Position numbers and translations under genes: made by a program. Positions 30,832 to 39,889 of a DNA stretch of 64,000 bases are shown here, in pieces. The first letter of the stretch is position 1, and each line of letters starts with the position of its first letter. The DNA comes from Promethearchaeota archaeon. Its GTDB lineage: Archaea > Asgardarchaeota > Heimdallarchaeia > Hodarchaeales > Hodarchaeaceae. The notes beneath the pieces were generated by a model. The model saw only the letters and a list, made by a program, of their open reading frames with translations, did no database searches and was not told the origin of the DNA. The DNA lies in assembly GCA_048938105.1 (NCBI GenBank), contig JBHLMN010000001.1, positions 384,001 to 448,000 of the forward strand, given 5' to 3'.

Positions 30832-31740
30832 ATGAGTATTGATCCAACTTATATTAAATCAGCTGTTGAAACCTTGGAGCTAATCCAACGCATAAATAAT
30901 TATTTAAAAGAAAACCAGAAAGCGAATGAGCTTCCCAATTTCTTATCACAAATTGAATCTAAAGGTGAGGCAAGAGTGAGATCATCATTAGGTCAAACTT
31001 TGGGAATAGACATTCCTCTTGCCGATCAAGAAGGGAAGCCAACAAAATATTGGGAAGGAGTCCGTGATATGGCTCGCTTGGCAAAAAAACAATTTCTAAC
31101 ACTTAATGATGATCATAAATTCACTCAATTTTTAAGAAATACTAGTGCCAGCCTTTCATCAAGAATGGCTCCTGAAGAGAAGCCTATTTCTCCATTAGAA
31201 GAATTACTCCAAGAGGCTGGACCAAAACCAGAAGAAACTCAACCTATTTCTCCATTAGAAGAAATACTTACTGAACCTGTTTCCATACCCGAACCTAAGC
31301 CTATATCTGAACCGACCCCAGCCCCAGAACCCACAATTAGACCCGAACCCACTCCTATGCCTGAACCGACCCCCGCCCCAGAACCCACAATTACACCTGA
31401 ACCTGTTTTCACACCTGAACCTAAACCTATACCTGAACCGACCCCCGCCCCAGAACCCGCAATTACACCTGAACCCCCTAAACAAACATATACACCAGAA
31501 GTTACTCCTAGGGCAAGTGAACCTAGTGTACCTCCTCCACCAGATAAATTTCAAGCTCTTGATGAAGCATTAAAATCAAGTGGTCTTGATCGACCAAGTG
31601 ATGATGTAGCTGAACCCTCTCCATCATTAACAAGCATGCTATTACAAAAGGATGAAACAGGAGATAGGGAAGAAGACGATATGTTGTCTTTATCTTTAAG
31701 AGAAGCTTTAAAAATTCTAAGAGACGAAGACGAGGATTGA
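30832..31740 (+). CDS. Hypothetical protein with Pro/Glu/Thr-rich repeat linker and acidic C-terminus
   Basis: Helical N-domain, PEPTPA repeats, C-terminal LREALKILRDEDED. Confidence 0.75.
   Translation: MSIDPTYIKSAVETLELIQRINNYLKENQKANELPNFLSQIESKGEARVRSSLGQTLGIDIPLADQEGKPTKYWEGVRDMARLAKKQFLTLNDDHKFTQFLRNTSASLSSRMAPEEKPISPLEELLQEAGPKPEETQPISPLEEILTEPVSIPEPKPISEPTPAPEPTIRPEPTPMPEPTPAPEPTITPEPVFTPEPKPIPEPTPAPEPAITPEPPKQTYTPEVTPRASEPSVPPPPDKFQALDEALKSSGLDRPSDDVAEPSPSLTSMLLQKDETGDREEDDMLSLSLREALKILRDEDED
31280..31480 (+). repeat. In-frame tandem repeats encoding PEP(T/K/V)xx units
   Basis: CTGAACCGACCCCNGCCCCAGAACCCRCAATTA occurs three times. Confidence 0.85.
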
Positions 31741-31752
31741 GGGGATTTGTAG

Positions 31753-32562
31753 ATGAGTGAGAAGAACATCGTTCTCAATTGTATCTGGAGAACTGATGAT
31801 TTTGTTGTCTCTGATACTAAAATTCGACCCTCAGACGATGAAGCTGCATTAATCATTGATGAAAAAATCGAGAAAATTACGGCTCAAATCCCTCGGCATT
31901 TTTCATTAGTTACAAAAAAAATAATAGAACGTCGTGTTCATTCTATTGCCAAGAGTGGTTTTACGATCCCGAAGAGACAAATAAGAATTGGAATGGGATT
32001 TGAAGTTGAAATCATTAAGGATGAGGTTATTCCTGATGTTCTTCTCCAAGAAGGCCATAAATACTCGTTAGATAGACCCACAACTGTTGTTGAGACTCCC
32101 ACCCAAATTCAAGAGGAGAAACCAGAACCAGAATACGTACCTTCTTTTTTGACTCACGAACCCGATTACATTCCTCCCAGCCAAATTATAGAGGAGAAAT
32201 CAGAACCAGAATATGTACCTACTTTTTTGACTCAAGAATCCCCAATTCCTGACACTAAAGCGCCTATACAACCAGAAACTAAACCTGACCTTTATCAAGA
32301 ACCTTTATCTGCTGAAGTATTGAAAAAAGCAGAAGAATTTGTCGATGATGCTGAAAGTATTGCTGGTCGTTTTATAATTGCCCTTACAAGAATAGGTGAT
32401 GTGTACATTACAAAAAAGAACGATCATTACTCCCTAGAGTATTCGGCTGGTCGTGTTGATTTTCGTGTTAGTAATGGTGATATCGATATCCTGAAAACTA
32501 AGCGAATACCTACAGATGATCAGACACTAGAGCAAGCAATTTCTGCTGCAACACGTAAATAA
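31753..32562 (+). CDS. Protein with divergent gelsolin-like N-terminal domain and Pro/Glu-rich duplicated linker
   Basis: AALIIDEKIEKITAQIP..SLVTKKIIERRVHSI resembles the gelsolin core of 38372..39292; EEK(P/S)EPEYVP(S/T)FLT duplicated. Confidence 0.5.
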   Translation: MSEKNIVLNCIWRTDDFVVSDTKIRPSDDEAALIIDEKIEKITAQIPRHFSLVTKKIIERRVHSIAKSGFTIPKRQIRIGMGFEVEIIKDEVIPDVLLQEGHKYSLDRPTTVVETPTQIQEEKPEPEYVPSFLTHEPDYIPPSQIIEEKSEPEYVPTFLTQESPIPDTKAPIQPETKPDLYQEPLSAEVLKKAEEFVDDAESIAGRFIIALTRIGDVYITKKNDHYSLEYSAGRVDFRVSNGDIDILKTKRIPTDDQTLEQAISAATRK

Positions 32563-32570
32563 CCTTGGTT

Positions 32571-34862
32571 CTATAATATGATTTCACGACTACGTGTAGT
32601 ATAAGTCATTATTTCTTGTGAAAACAATTCTACTAGGTTTTCATTTGTCGTGATCACCCCAATTAAATCCTCTTTTTCAGGATGTTTTGGCTCAGGACAA
32701 ACCAACAACTCCTCGGCATCACGAATACATCCCCAAAAATCTACAGTATCTAATTGTTTCAGTCTGAGATTAGCTGATGACAGAATTTTCTTCAGTGTAG
32801 ACTCGGGAACCTTCCTGAAATCTCCAATAATATTCACTCGTGTCTTCATAGGTAATTTAGAGGCTACCATCAAGGTTTGAATTTCAGGACGAGGCATGAG
32901 AATTGTTAAGGATGACTTAGCACGTAAGGTTAAATCTCTTAATATCATTATAATAGCTGTTTCTCCAACAGCTAAATCACTGGATAATAGTGAGGGCTCT
33001 ACTTCTGAAATATCAACTGATCTTGACAATTCAGAAAGTTTATTAAGCTTCTGTTTCATTTCTTTAATTGAAAACGATAAAGCAGATATCTCTTGTTCTA
33101 GTTGATGTTCAATTTTAATAACCTGAGTATTTAGAATTTCTTCAGCTTTATCCAAATTGGAATTAAAATCTTCCAGCTGTGTTTCAGCAAAACTCGTTAT
33201 AAATGTATTCATTCCAGAGATAAATAAGCTAAATGTTCTTTCAATATCAGTGATCTGATTTAATGCACTTTTTGATTCAATACTAGATTTTTCACCAAAC
33301 TTGTCAATTTCTTCTGAAATTTTATTAAGATTACTTATACTTACATCAAAAGTTTCATCTTTCTCAAAATAGGATTCCAGATTAGCTTCAAACTCTTCTG
33401 AGATATTTTGGATCAGATTAGATATCTCGTTAGAGAATTTAGCAGTAATTTCATCTAACTGTTGGTTGAAATTAGTTATTTTTTGATCAAATATAGTTTC
33501 TACATTACCTATTTTTCCCTTTATATCATTTTTACTATTATTTAGATATTCTTGGATCGAATTTCTGAACTCAGAGCCAATCTTAAGCTTTATGTCATGC
33601 ATGCTGCGTGAAAGGAGTTGAACCTCATCATCTAATATTTTCTGAACTTCATTCAGTCCATTTTCAGTTGCTTGAACAATTATGTTCTCTGTTTCATTTA
33701 AAGTATTATTCAAATTATTGACTTTTTCCAATATCATCAATTTGTCTTTGATAGTTTGTTGAATTACTTTTCTATCTCCATCTACTTGTATCAGATTAGA
33801 GATGAATTCATCTTTTCCTTTGAATAATTTTCTACTCTGTATGTCAGATATTGAGTCTTTCAATAAGGATTCTATATTATTAAGTCGGGTATCGAGTTGA
33901 GTAAATAATTCCCTCACCATTTCATTAATATCATTATATCCCTCTTTAATTTCAAGAAATTTTGACTTCTTTTGAATCGCATTCAATCTAAGACTTTCGA
34001 TTAGTGAGCCTGTTTGGTTTATTTTTCCCTCGAAATTCTTTTGTTCTTCAGAACGGTCTGTTTCAAATTGATCAAGAATTTTACCGATTTCCTCTTTAAA
34101 TACTGTAATTCCTTCTTGAATATTAGTCTTTAATAACTCAAAATTAGTTTTACTGTCCGCTTCAAGTCTTTTTAGATCTTTATTTATCATTTGAGACGCT
34201 AATTTCAATTCTTGTTCTACTTTAGGTGTGTAATGAACAAAAATACTTGGGATATTCTTTAATTTTTCAAGATTTACTTTTATAATTTCTTCATTGAGTT
34301 CTTTTGATTGTTTAACTAATAATCCTGTCTTGTTCATCAGTTCTCCGATATTATTCAGTATATTTTTTTCTGAAGATTCGATTATTTGGCGAAAATTATC
34401 CGCTAGCTTGTTAAAGTTCAGTTTAATTGGATCTAAACTTTGTGAAAAATCGTTTTCCAGCCTTGTTGTATGTTTTTGGAAATTATTTGATGCTTCCTTA
34501 AACATTTCAGAAATTTGCTTTAATTGAACCTGAAAAACACTTGAAGCTTCTTTATGGATATTAACTAAGGTGATTGGGTCATATGCAAGAAAAAATGCCT
34601 TTAGAAATGGTTCCAAAGCAATATAGCGCCCAACTTTTCCTGGAATTCTTTTAGCAAGTTTACTACCTACTAAGATTTGAAGGATTTCTTGTGTTTTTAT
34701 GTAATCTAGTCCTGAAAGTAAACTAATTTGGCCAAGAGTTGCCATCCCTAAAGAAAGCAAGTATAAGTATATTTTACCTTGATCATCATCGGTTAACCCA
34801 AGGATTGGGATAATTTCCTTAATTTCTTCTGAAGAAATCTTCAGTCCGACCATTATCCTCAC
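32571..34862 (-). CDS. TrmB-family wHTH protein with very long coiled-coil insert and C-terminal TrmB effector (PLD-like) domain
   Basis: LGLTDDDQGKIYLYLL...GRYIALEP N-terminus; RAKSSLTILMP...IRDAEELL C-terminus. Confidence 0.7.
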   Translation of the reverse strand: MRIMVGLKISSEEIKEIIPILGLTDDDQGKIYLYLLSLGMATLGQISLLSGLDYIKTQEILQILVGSKLAKRIPGKVGRYIALEPFLKAFFLAYDPITLVNIHKEASSVFQVQLKQISEMFKEASNNFQKHTTRLENDFSQSLDPIKLNFNKLADNFRQIIESSEKNILNNIGELMNKTGLLVKQSKELNEEIIKVNLEKLKNIPSIFVHYTPKVEQELKLASQMINKDLKRLEADSKTNFELLKTNIQEGITVFKEEIGKILDQFETDRSEEQKNFEGKINQTGSLIESLRLNAIQKKSKFLEIKEGYNDINEMVRELFTQLDTRLNNIESLLKDSISDIQSRKLFKGKDEFISNLIQVDGDRKVIQQTIKDKLMILEKVNNLNNTLNETENIIVQATENGLNEVQKILDDEVQLLSRSMHDIKLKIGSEFRNSIQEYLNNSKNDIKGKIGNVETIFDQKITNFNQQLDEITAKFSNEISNLIQNISEEFEANLESYFEKDETFDVSISNLNKISEEIDKFGEKSSIESKSALNQITDIERTFSLFISGMNTFITSFAETQLEDFNSNLDKAEEILNTQVIKIEHQLEQEISALSFSIKEMKQKLNKLSELSRSVDISEVEPSLLSSDLAVGETAIIMILRDLTLRAKSSLTILMPRPEIQTLMVASKLPMKTRVNIIGDFRKVPESTLKKILSSANLRLKQLDTVDFWGCIRDAEELLVCPEPKHPEKEDLIGVITTNENLVELFSQEIMTYTTRSREIIL

Positions 34863-35640
34863 TTTCTAATCAATTTATTTCCCAAATTCTAATGATAACG
34901 CTGTTTTTTTTGTATAAAGTGTTTATATTGTTTTAAATGGAGATAATCATATTCCTTAAATATATCAGTGGAGTTTTTCTATACATTTTCATAGGAAGTA
35001 TAGAACTCTAGTATTTACTACTATTAAATAATATAATGCAATATTGGTTTTGTTTCACCCTAGTACCAAAAACAGCCAAAAGGCTAATTTTAAATTTTAT
35101 TTGCCCGATAATCATATAATATGTTTCTTATTCCCTTCATAGGTTAATTAGAGGAGATTATAGCCTTAGTAAAAGGAAAAAGGTCTCTAAAAGATAAAAA
35201 TTGAACAAATAATAATGTAAACCACACAGATCATTGATCAATTTATTCACTTATCTTGAAAATTCTTCAAAAATTCTTTAATTATGATTAATAAGTATTT
35301 AAATTCATAAGACACTAATTATCAATCTGTGGTTTGATTTCCTCACTATCAGTAAAATTTCTGGAAAAATCGGTTAGAAGTAGAGATACACATTTCTTTA
35401 ACTTTCAGCAGCAGAGGCTGATCTGTTTCTATAAAATCAGAGATAAAACAAGAAGTTAATTTATCCTGAGGGATACTCTTAAATTGTTTTAATAATTTAG
35501 AAGTGTTTAAAAGAAAACTGAAATTATGGGTTTATAGCAAGTATTTAAGTATCTAATTTCTAACCTTATAACTTGAAAACCACCTACTTTCTAGAAGCCA
35601 CAAGACGAATGTGAATAGGAGCTGACTTCAACTGCTACTT

Positions 35641-36195
35641 ATGAAAGTCTGTTTGCTAGGTGACGGCGCAGTAGGGAAAACTGCTTTACGTGAACGGTAT
35701 TTAGGCAAGCAATTCTCTAGTGGGTACGTGATGACGATAGGCGCAGACTTTGCTGTAAAAAAAACAAGAATAAAAACGGAAGAAGGAGAGAAAGACGTCA
35801 AATTTCAAATTTGGGATCTTGCAGGACAACCACGTTTCAATAGTGTCAGAGAGCTTTATTATAAAGGCTCCCATGGAGGGTTATTAGTATTTGATATTAC
35901 ACGAAGAGATTCTTTTTCTAATTTAAACTCTTGGATAGAAGAATTATTCAAAAATTCGGGCCGAGGAGCGATGCCTATCGCTGTATTAGGAAATAAAGTA
36001 GATTTAAGAAATGAAGCGGATGATTGTGTCACTAGAACTGAAGCCCTAGATTATACTACAAAAATTAAGGAAGATTTTCAATTTAATTGTAACATTCCCT
36101 ATTTAGAGACTTCAGCTAAAACAGGTGAAAATGTGGATGAATCCTTTAGTGAATTAGCTCACAATATCCGAATATTTTTAACGCAATCAAAATAA
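35641..36195 (+). CDS. Rab-like small GTPase
   Basis: GDGAVGKT, TIGADF, WDLAGQ, YYKG, NKVD, ETSAK. Confidence 0.93.
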   Translation: MKVCLLGDGAVGKTALRERYLGKQFSSGYVMTIGADFAVKKTRIKTEEGEKDVKFQIWDLAGQPRFNSVRELYYKGSHGGLLVFDITRRDSFSNLNSWIEELFKNSGRGAMPIAVLGNKVDLRNEADDCVTRTEALDYTTKIKEDFQFNCNIPYLETSAKTGENVDESFSELAHNIRIFLTQSK

Positions 36196-36219
36196 CTGAA
36201 ATATGAGAGCGGCCTTGGG

Positions 36220-36765
36220 TTGGTCACTATTTTTCGAATTGGCCATCGGATTAATCGTGATAAAAGGATAACTACCCATCTTGTTCTTGTTGCTCGAGCT
36301 TTTGGAGCTGACAAAACAATTATTGCAGGGGAAGAAGATAAAAATCTACTTAATACAATTAATAAGGTTACTCTAGAATGGGGAGGAAACTTTCAATTAG
36401 AAATGATCCCCTATATCGAATGGAAGGCTTTTATTGAGCAATGGAAGAGTGAAAATGATAAAAGAATAGTACATCTTACAATGTACGGAGAAAATCTATC
36501 TACCTTTGAGAGATCAAGAGACTTCAGCACCATGAGAAAAAGGCTGGAGAACTTGTTAATTGTGGTTGGGGGAGAAAAAATTCCAAGGAAAATATTTCAT
36601 TATGCAGATTGGAATATCGCAATTTCCAACCAACCGCATTCCGAAGTTAGTTCCCTTGCAGTTTTTTTAGATCATCTCAATCCCAAAGCTCTTCAAATTC
36701 AGTTTAAAAAAGCCCACAAACAAATTATTCCTTCATTAGAAGGAAAAAAAGAATATTTTGGATAA
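36220..36765 (+). CDS. trm56: tRNA (cytidine56-2'-O)-methyltransferase
   Basis: RIGHR..RDKRITTH, HLTMYG, VVGGEK, NQPHSEV. Confidence 0.95.
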   Translation: MVTIFRIGHRINRDKRITTHLVLVARAFGADKTIIAGEEDKNLLNTINKVTLEWGGNFQLEMIPYIEWKAFIEQWKSENDKRIVHLTMYGENLSTFERSRDFSTMRKRLENLLIVVGGEKIPRKIFHYADWNIAISNQPHSEVSSLAVFLDHLNPKALQIQFKKAHKQIIPSLEGKKEYFG

Positions 36766-37303
36766 TAGAGAAATGATGATTAGAAAAAAAATTCAAGTTG
36801 GTGTCATTGGTGATTCACAAATTCGTTCTGACGCCCAATACGAAATCAGCTATGAAATTGGTAGAGAGATTGCACAATCAAACGCAATTCTTATCTGTGG
36901 TGGGCGTGGAGGAGTGATGGAAGCAGCATGTAAAGGAGTATATGATGCAGGCGGAATCTCAGTCGGAATACTACCAACTAATGAGTCTGATCTTGAAGTG
37001 AATAAATATCTCACAATAAAAATTCCAACATTAATGAATCTAGCTCGTAATGCGATCGTTCCCTTAGCCTCCGATGGTGTGATTGCCTGTGGAGGAGGTG
37101 CAGGTACATTATCAGAGATTACATTTGCGTGGATTTATCAAAAGCCAATTGTTTGTATTAGTACGATTTTGGGATGGAGCCAAGAGATTGGAGAACGAGG
37201 ATTTATTGACCATAGAAGCTCTAAAGTTCATATTATGACTGCAAAAACAGGAAAAGAAGCAATCAAAAAAGTTCTTGAAGCTATCTTACGATTTAAACAA
37301 TGA
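36758..37303 (+). CDS. LOG family (TIGR00725-type) protein
   Basis: CGGRGGVMEA, SVGILP, ARN, GGGAGTLSE. Confidence 0.9.
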   Translation: MDNREMMIRKKIQVGVIGDSQIRSDAQYEISYEIGREIAQSNAILICGGRGGVMEAACKGVYDAGGISVGILPTNESDLEVNKYLTIKIPTLMNLARNAIVPLASDGVIACGGGAGTLSEITFAWIYQKPIVCISTILGWSQEIGERGFIDHRSSKVHIMTAKTGKEAIKKVLEAILRFKQ

Positions 37304-38113
37304 TAAAAGCCCAGATTTATCATTCAGAATTTCAGAAATTCCATCGCATAACGCTTTCAATAATCCATCATTTTTGGGATTGATTAAATCAGAGTAATCA
37401 TTTAGTGTAGAATGCAATTCTAAACTATCTAATCTTTGCACAGCATTAAATATTCTATTAGCAATCTCAAGATAGTTTTCTGTGTTGGAAACAGTCGAAT
37501 TGGCTTTATCTTCAAATGAAAGATATTTTCCGCAATCTTCTATCTCATAAGCATTAATTTCAGCTAGGGTCAAATAGGTTCTCATTTTTGGAGAAAGAAT
37601 TGACATTTCCTGGCTCCAGGAATATAACGTTTCAAAACATGATACAAAATCTTTTTTGTTGCAGAATAATCCTGCATAGCAATAATAAAGGTCTGAGACT
37701 ACATTATTATTATGCTTTCTTGCTTCAAGAATCAAATTATGTAGATATGAAAGGAATTCTGACTCCTGAAACTTCTTATCTATTATTATATAATTACGAA
37801 TAGTTTGAATGCAATTTTCAAGCGAGACTGCTCTTAAATCTACAAATATCCTTGGTATCAACTCAGCATTAACTCGTTCATTTGGGTTTCGACTGATATT
37901 CATTATAAGAGCAAGTGTTAAATCACAGGCCAATTTTGCCTTATTTCCTGAAGCAAAAAGAGGTATAGCCTTAGAAATCACCATTCCAGCATGCTTAGGC
38001 TCACCAGAACGAAATGCCCTTTGAATAGCTCCTTGTAGCATTTGAAGACCATCAAACCAGTGACCTTGGTGGAGTTCAGCCAATCCTTTGCTAAACCAAG
38101 GATCTTTTATCAT
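37286..38113 (-). CDS. Alpha-helical repeat protein, Get4/TRC35-like (start at ATG 38113 after an AGGAG SD)
   Basis: GHWFDGLQM...R...A...LF.S...A.DL aligns without gaps to the recalled Get4 N-terminus. Confidence 0.5.
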   Translation of the reverse strand: MIKDPWFSKGLAELHQGHWFDGLQMLQGAIQRAFRSGEPKHAGMVISKAIPLFASGNKAKLACDLTLALIMNISRNPNERVNAELIPRIFVDLRAVSLENCIQTIRNYIIIDKKFQESEFLSYLHNLILEARKHNNNVVSDLYYCYAGLFCNKKDFVSCFETLYSWSQEMSILSPKMRTYLTLAEINAYEIEDCGKYLSFEDKANSTVSNTENYLEIANRIFNAVQRLDSLELHSTLNDYSDLINPKNDGLLKALCDGISEILNDKSGLLSLFKS

Positions 38114-38242
38114 TTTTATTCTCCTTTTGTTTTGTGTTTTAATGAACTCATTAATTTTTAAAACCTTGGGAAAATTTAAAAAAACAATCGCTTCCAACAA
38201 ATGAACAGAACCTTACTTCTGAGCTTTTGTTGTGTACCACAG

Positions 38243-38303
38243 ATTATAACAATTATAACAACATATTTAACTAGTAAGGACTATGAATTATAACAATTAT
38301 AAC
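38243..38303. promoter_or_regulatory. Direct repeat ATTATAACAATTATAAC x2 in the divergent promoter region
   Basis: 17-bp perfect copies at 38243-38259 and 38287-38303. Confidence 0.55.
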
Positions 38304-38371
38304 GATAAAGATAACTAGCAAGAACTATCAAGCTTTATAAAATCGTAATAGGTACAGAGTGTTGATATACC

Positions 38372-39292
38372 TTGAGTGATTCTGAATATGTTAAAAAATA
38401 TTCTGTAGAAGATGATGGCACTTTAACTCCTACCTCTCTTTCTTCGATGTCAGATCTTGCTGATAACAATGTTTTCATAATTGTTGATGAAGATACGCGT
38501 AAAATATTCATTTGGAAAGGTGAGAAAGCACCTGTAAGGAGAAAATTCATCTCAGCTAAAGCAGCACAACAAATGCGGCAGGAAAAGTATGGAATGGTCT
38601 ATCGTATAGAAAGTCTTGATCCAGGATTGGAAGGAGCTGACTTCCTCGCATTATTTGGTGTAAAACCTGAAGACAGAGAAGTAGCGACACCTGCAGCCTC
38701 AGTAGCAGAGACACCAACCCCCAAACCAGCTCCCACACCAGCTCCAACTCGCGCACCTGCCCGTGCGCCAACCCGTGCACCAACTCCTACATCAGCTCCA
38801 GCCCGTGCAGCAACCCCAACACCAGCTCCAGCCCGTGCACCAACTCACAAACCAACACCAGCTCCAACTCATGCAGCAACCCCCGTACCAGCTCCAATCC
38901 ATGCACCAAAAGTTGTAAAAGAAACCGAAGTAGTAGTTACAGCACCTGTTAGGACTGTCACACCAACCACTCTTGACGAAGTATCCATAAAACTAAAAGA
39001 TCTAGAAATACCTGATAATATGGAACGTGAAATCGTCATTATTGGTAATTTGGTCTTTTCTGTTATTAAAGAGCACCTAGCTCTATTTTCCAAAGATGTC
39101 GTGAAGTTAGAACCAATGGATGACCTTCCCTCAGGAATTTTCCCAGCTGCTGATTATCAAGTTAGACTTTTCATTGAAAATGGAAGGGTAATATTCACTG
39201 AACTTCTTAGAAAAAAAACGCGCTCTGAGAGAGAAGAATTCATTGATGACATGCGAAAATCTCTCCAAGATTTATCGAAGATGGGAATTTAA
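38372..39292 (+). CDS. Gelsolin-domain protein with Pro/Ala/Thr-rich linker and C-terminal domain (1DGelX-like)
   Basis: NVFIIVDEDTRKIFIWKGEKAPVRRKFISAKAAQQM gelsolin core. Confidence 0.85.
   Translation: MSDSEYVKKYSVEDDGTLTPTSLSSMSDLADNNVFIIVDEDTRKIFIWKGEKAPVRRKFISAKAAQQMRQEKYGMVYRIESLDPGLEGADFLALFGVKPEDREVATPAASVAETPTPKPAPTPAPTRAPARAPTRAPTPTSAPARAATPTPAPARAPTHKPTPAPTHAATPVPAPIHAPKVVKETEVVVTAPVRTVTPTTLDEVSIKLKDLEIPDNMEREIVIIGNLVFSVIKEHLALFSKDVVKLEPMDDLPSGIFPAADYQVRLFIENGRVIFTELLRKKTRSEREEFIDDMRKSLQDLSKMGI
38680..38910 (+). repeat. In-frame low-complexity repeats (PAPT / RAPT units)
   Basis: CCAGCTCC / CGTGCA units encoding a P/A/T/R-rich linker. Confidence 0.8.
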
Positions 39293-39314
39293 CTAATTAT
39301 TTGGAGAACCTAAA

Positions 39315-39851
39315 GTGCCCGACGAATATTTACTCAAAATTTGTGCTATTGGATCAGGTAGTGTTGGAAAAACCTCACTTATCAGGAGATTTGCTGAGGG
39401 AAAGTTCACAACGAACTATTTACCTACACTAGGAGTTGACATTACTACTAAACAGATTCAAGTAGATAACAACAATGTTAAACTAATCCTTGTAGATACA
39501 GCGGGCCAGGAGTTTTTTGGCAAATTACGACCAAGTTATTACCGAGGTGCATCTGCTTGCCTTATCATGTTTGCCTTAGACGAAAAATCATCATTTGAGG
39601 CTATTCCTGACTGGTTAGCAGAATTTCGAAAACACATTCCAGAGGTCTCGGTTCCGATTGCTTTGGCTGGGAATAAGAAAGATCTTGAAGAAAAACGCCA
39701 AGTATCTACTGTTGAAGCTAATACGTTAGCTTCAACCTATAATATGACTTATTATGAAACTTCTGCAAAATTAGGCGGAGAAGAGATTGAGGAAATATTT
39801 GTTGGTTTAACGAGGCGTGTATTACAAAAGAAACAACAAAATAGCATTTAA
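39315..39851 (+). CDS. Rab-like small GTPase
   Basis: GSGSVGKT, YLPTLGVD, DTAGQE, YYRGA, NKKD, ETSAK. Confidence 0.93.
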   Translation: MPDEYLLKICAIGSGSVGKTSLIRRFAEGKFTTNYLPTLGVDITTKQIQVDNNNVKLILVDTAGQEFFGKLRPSYYRGASACLIMFALDEKSSFEAIPDWLAEFRKHIPEVSVPIALAGNKKDLEEKRQVSTVEANTLASTYNMTYYETSAKLGGEEIEEIFVGLTRRVLQKKQQNSI

Positions 39852-39889
39852 ATGACATTTACAACAAATAAAAATTCCAGGGATGAACA

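Noticed and set aside
31255-31554. Gly/Arg/Phe/Cys-rich repeat ORF on the minus strand
   Set aside because: Antisense reading of the PEPTPA repeats
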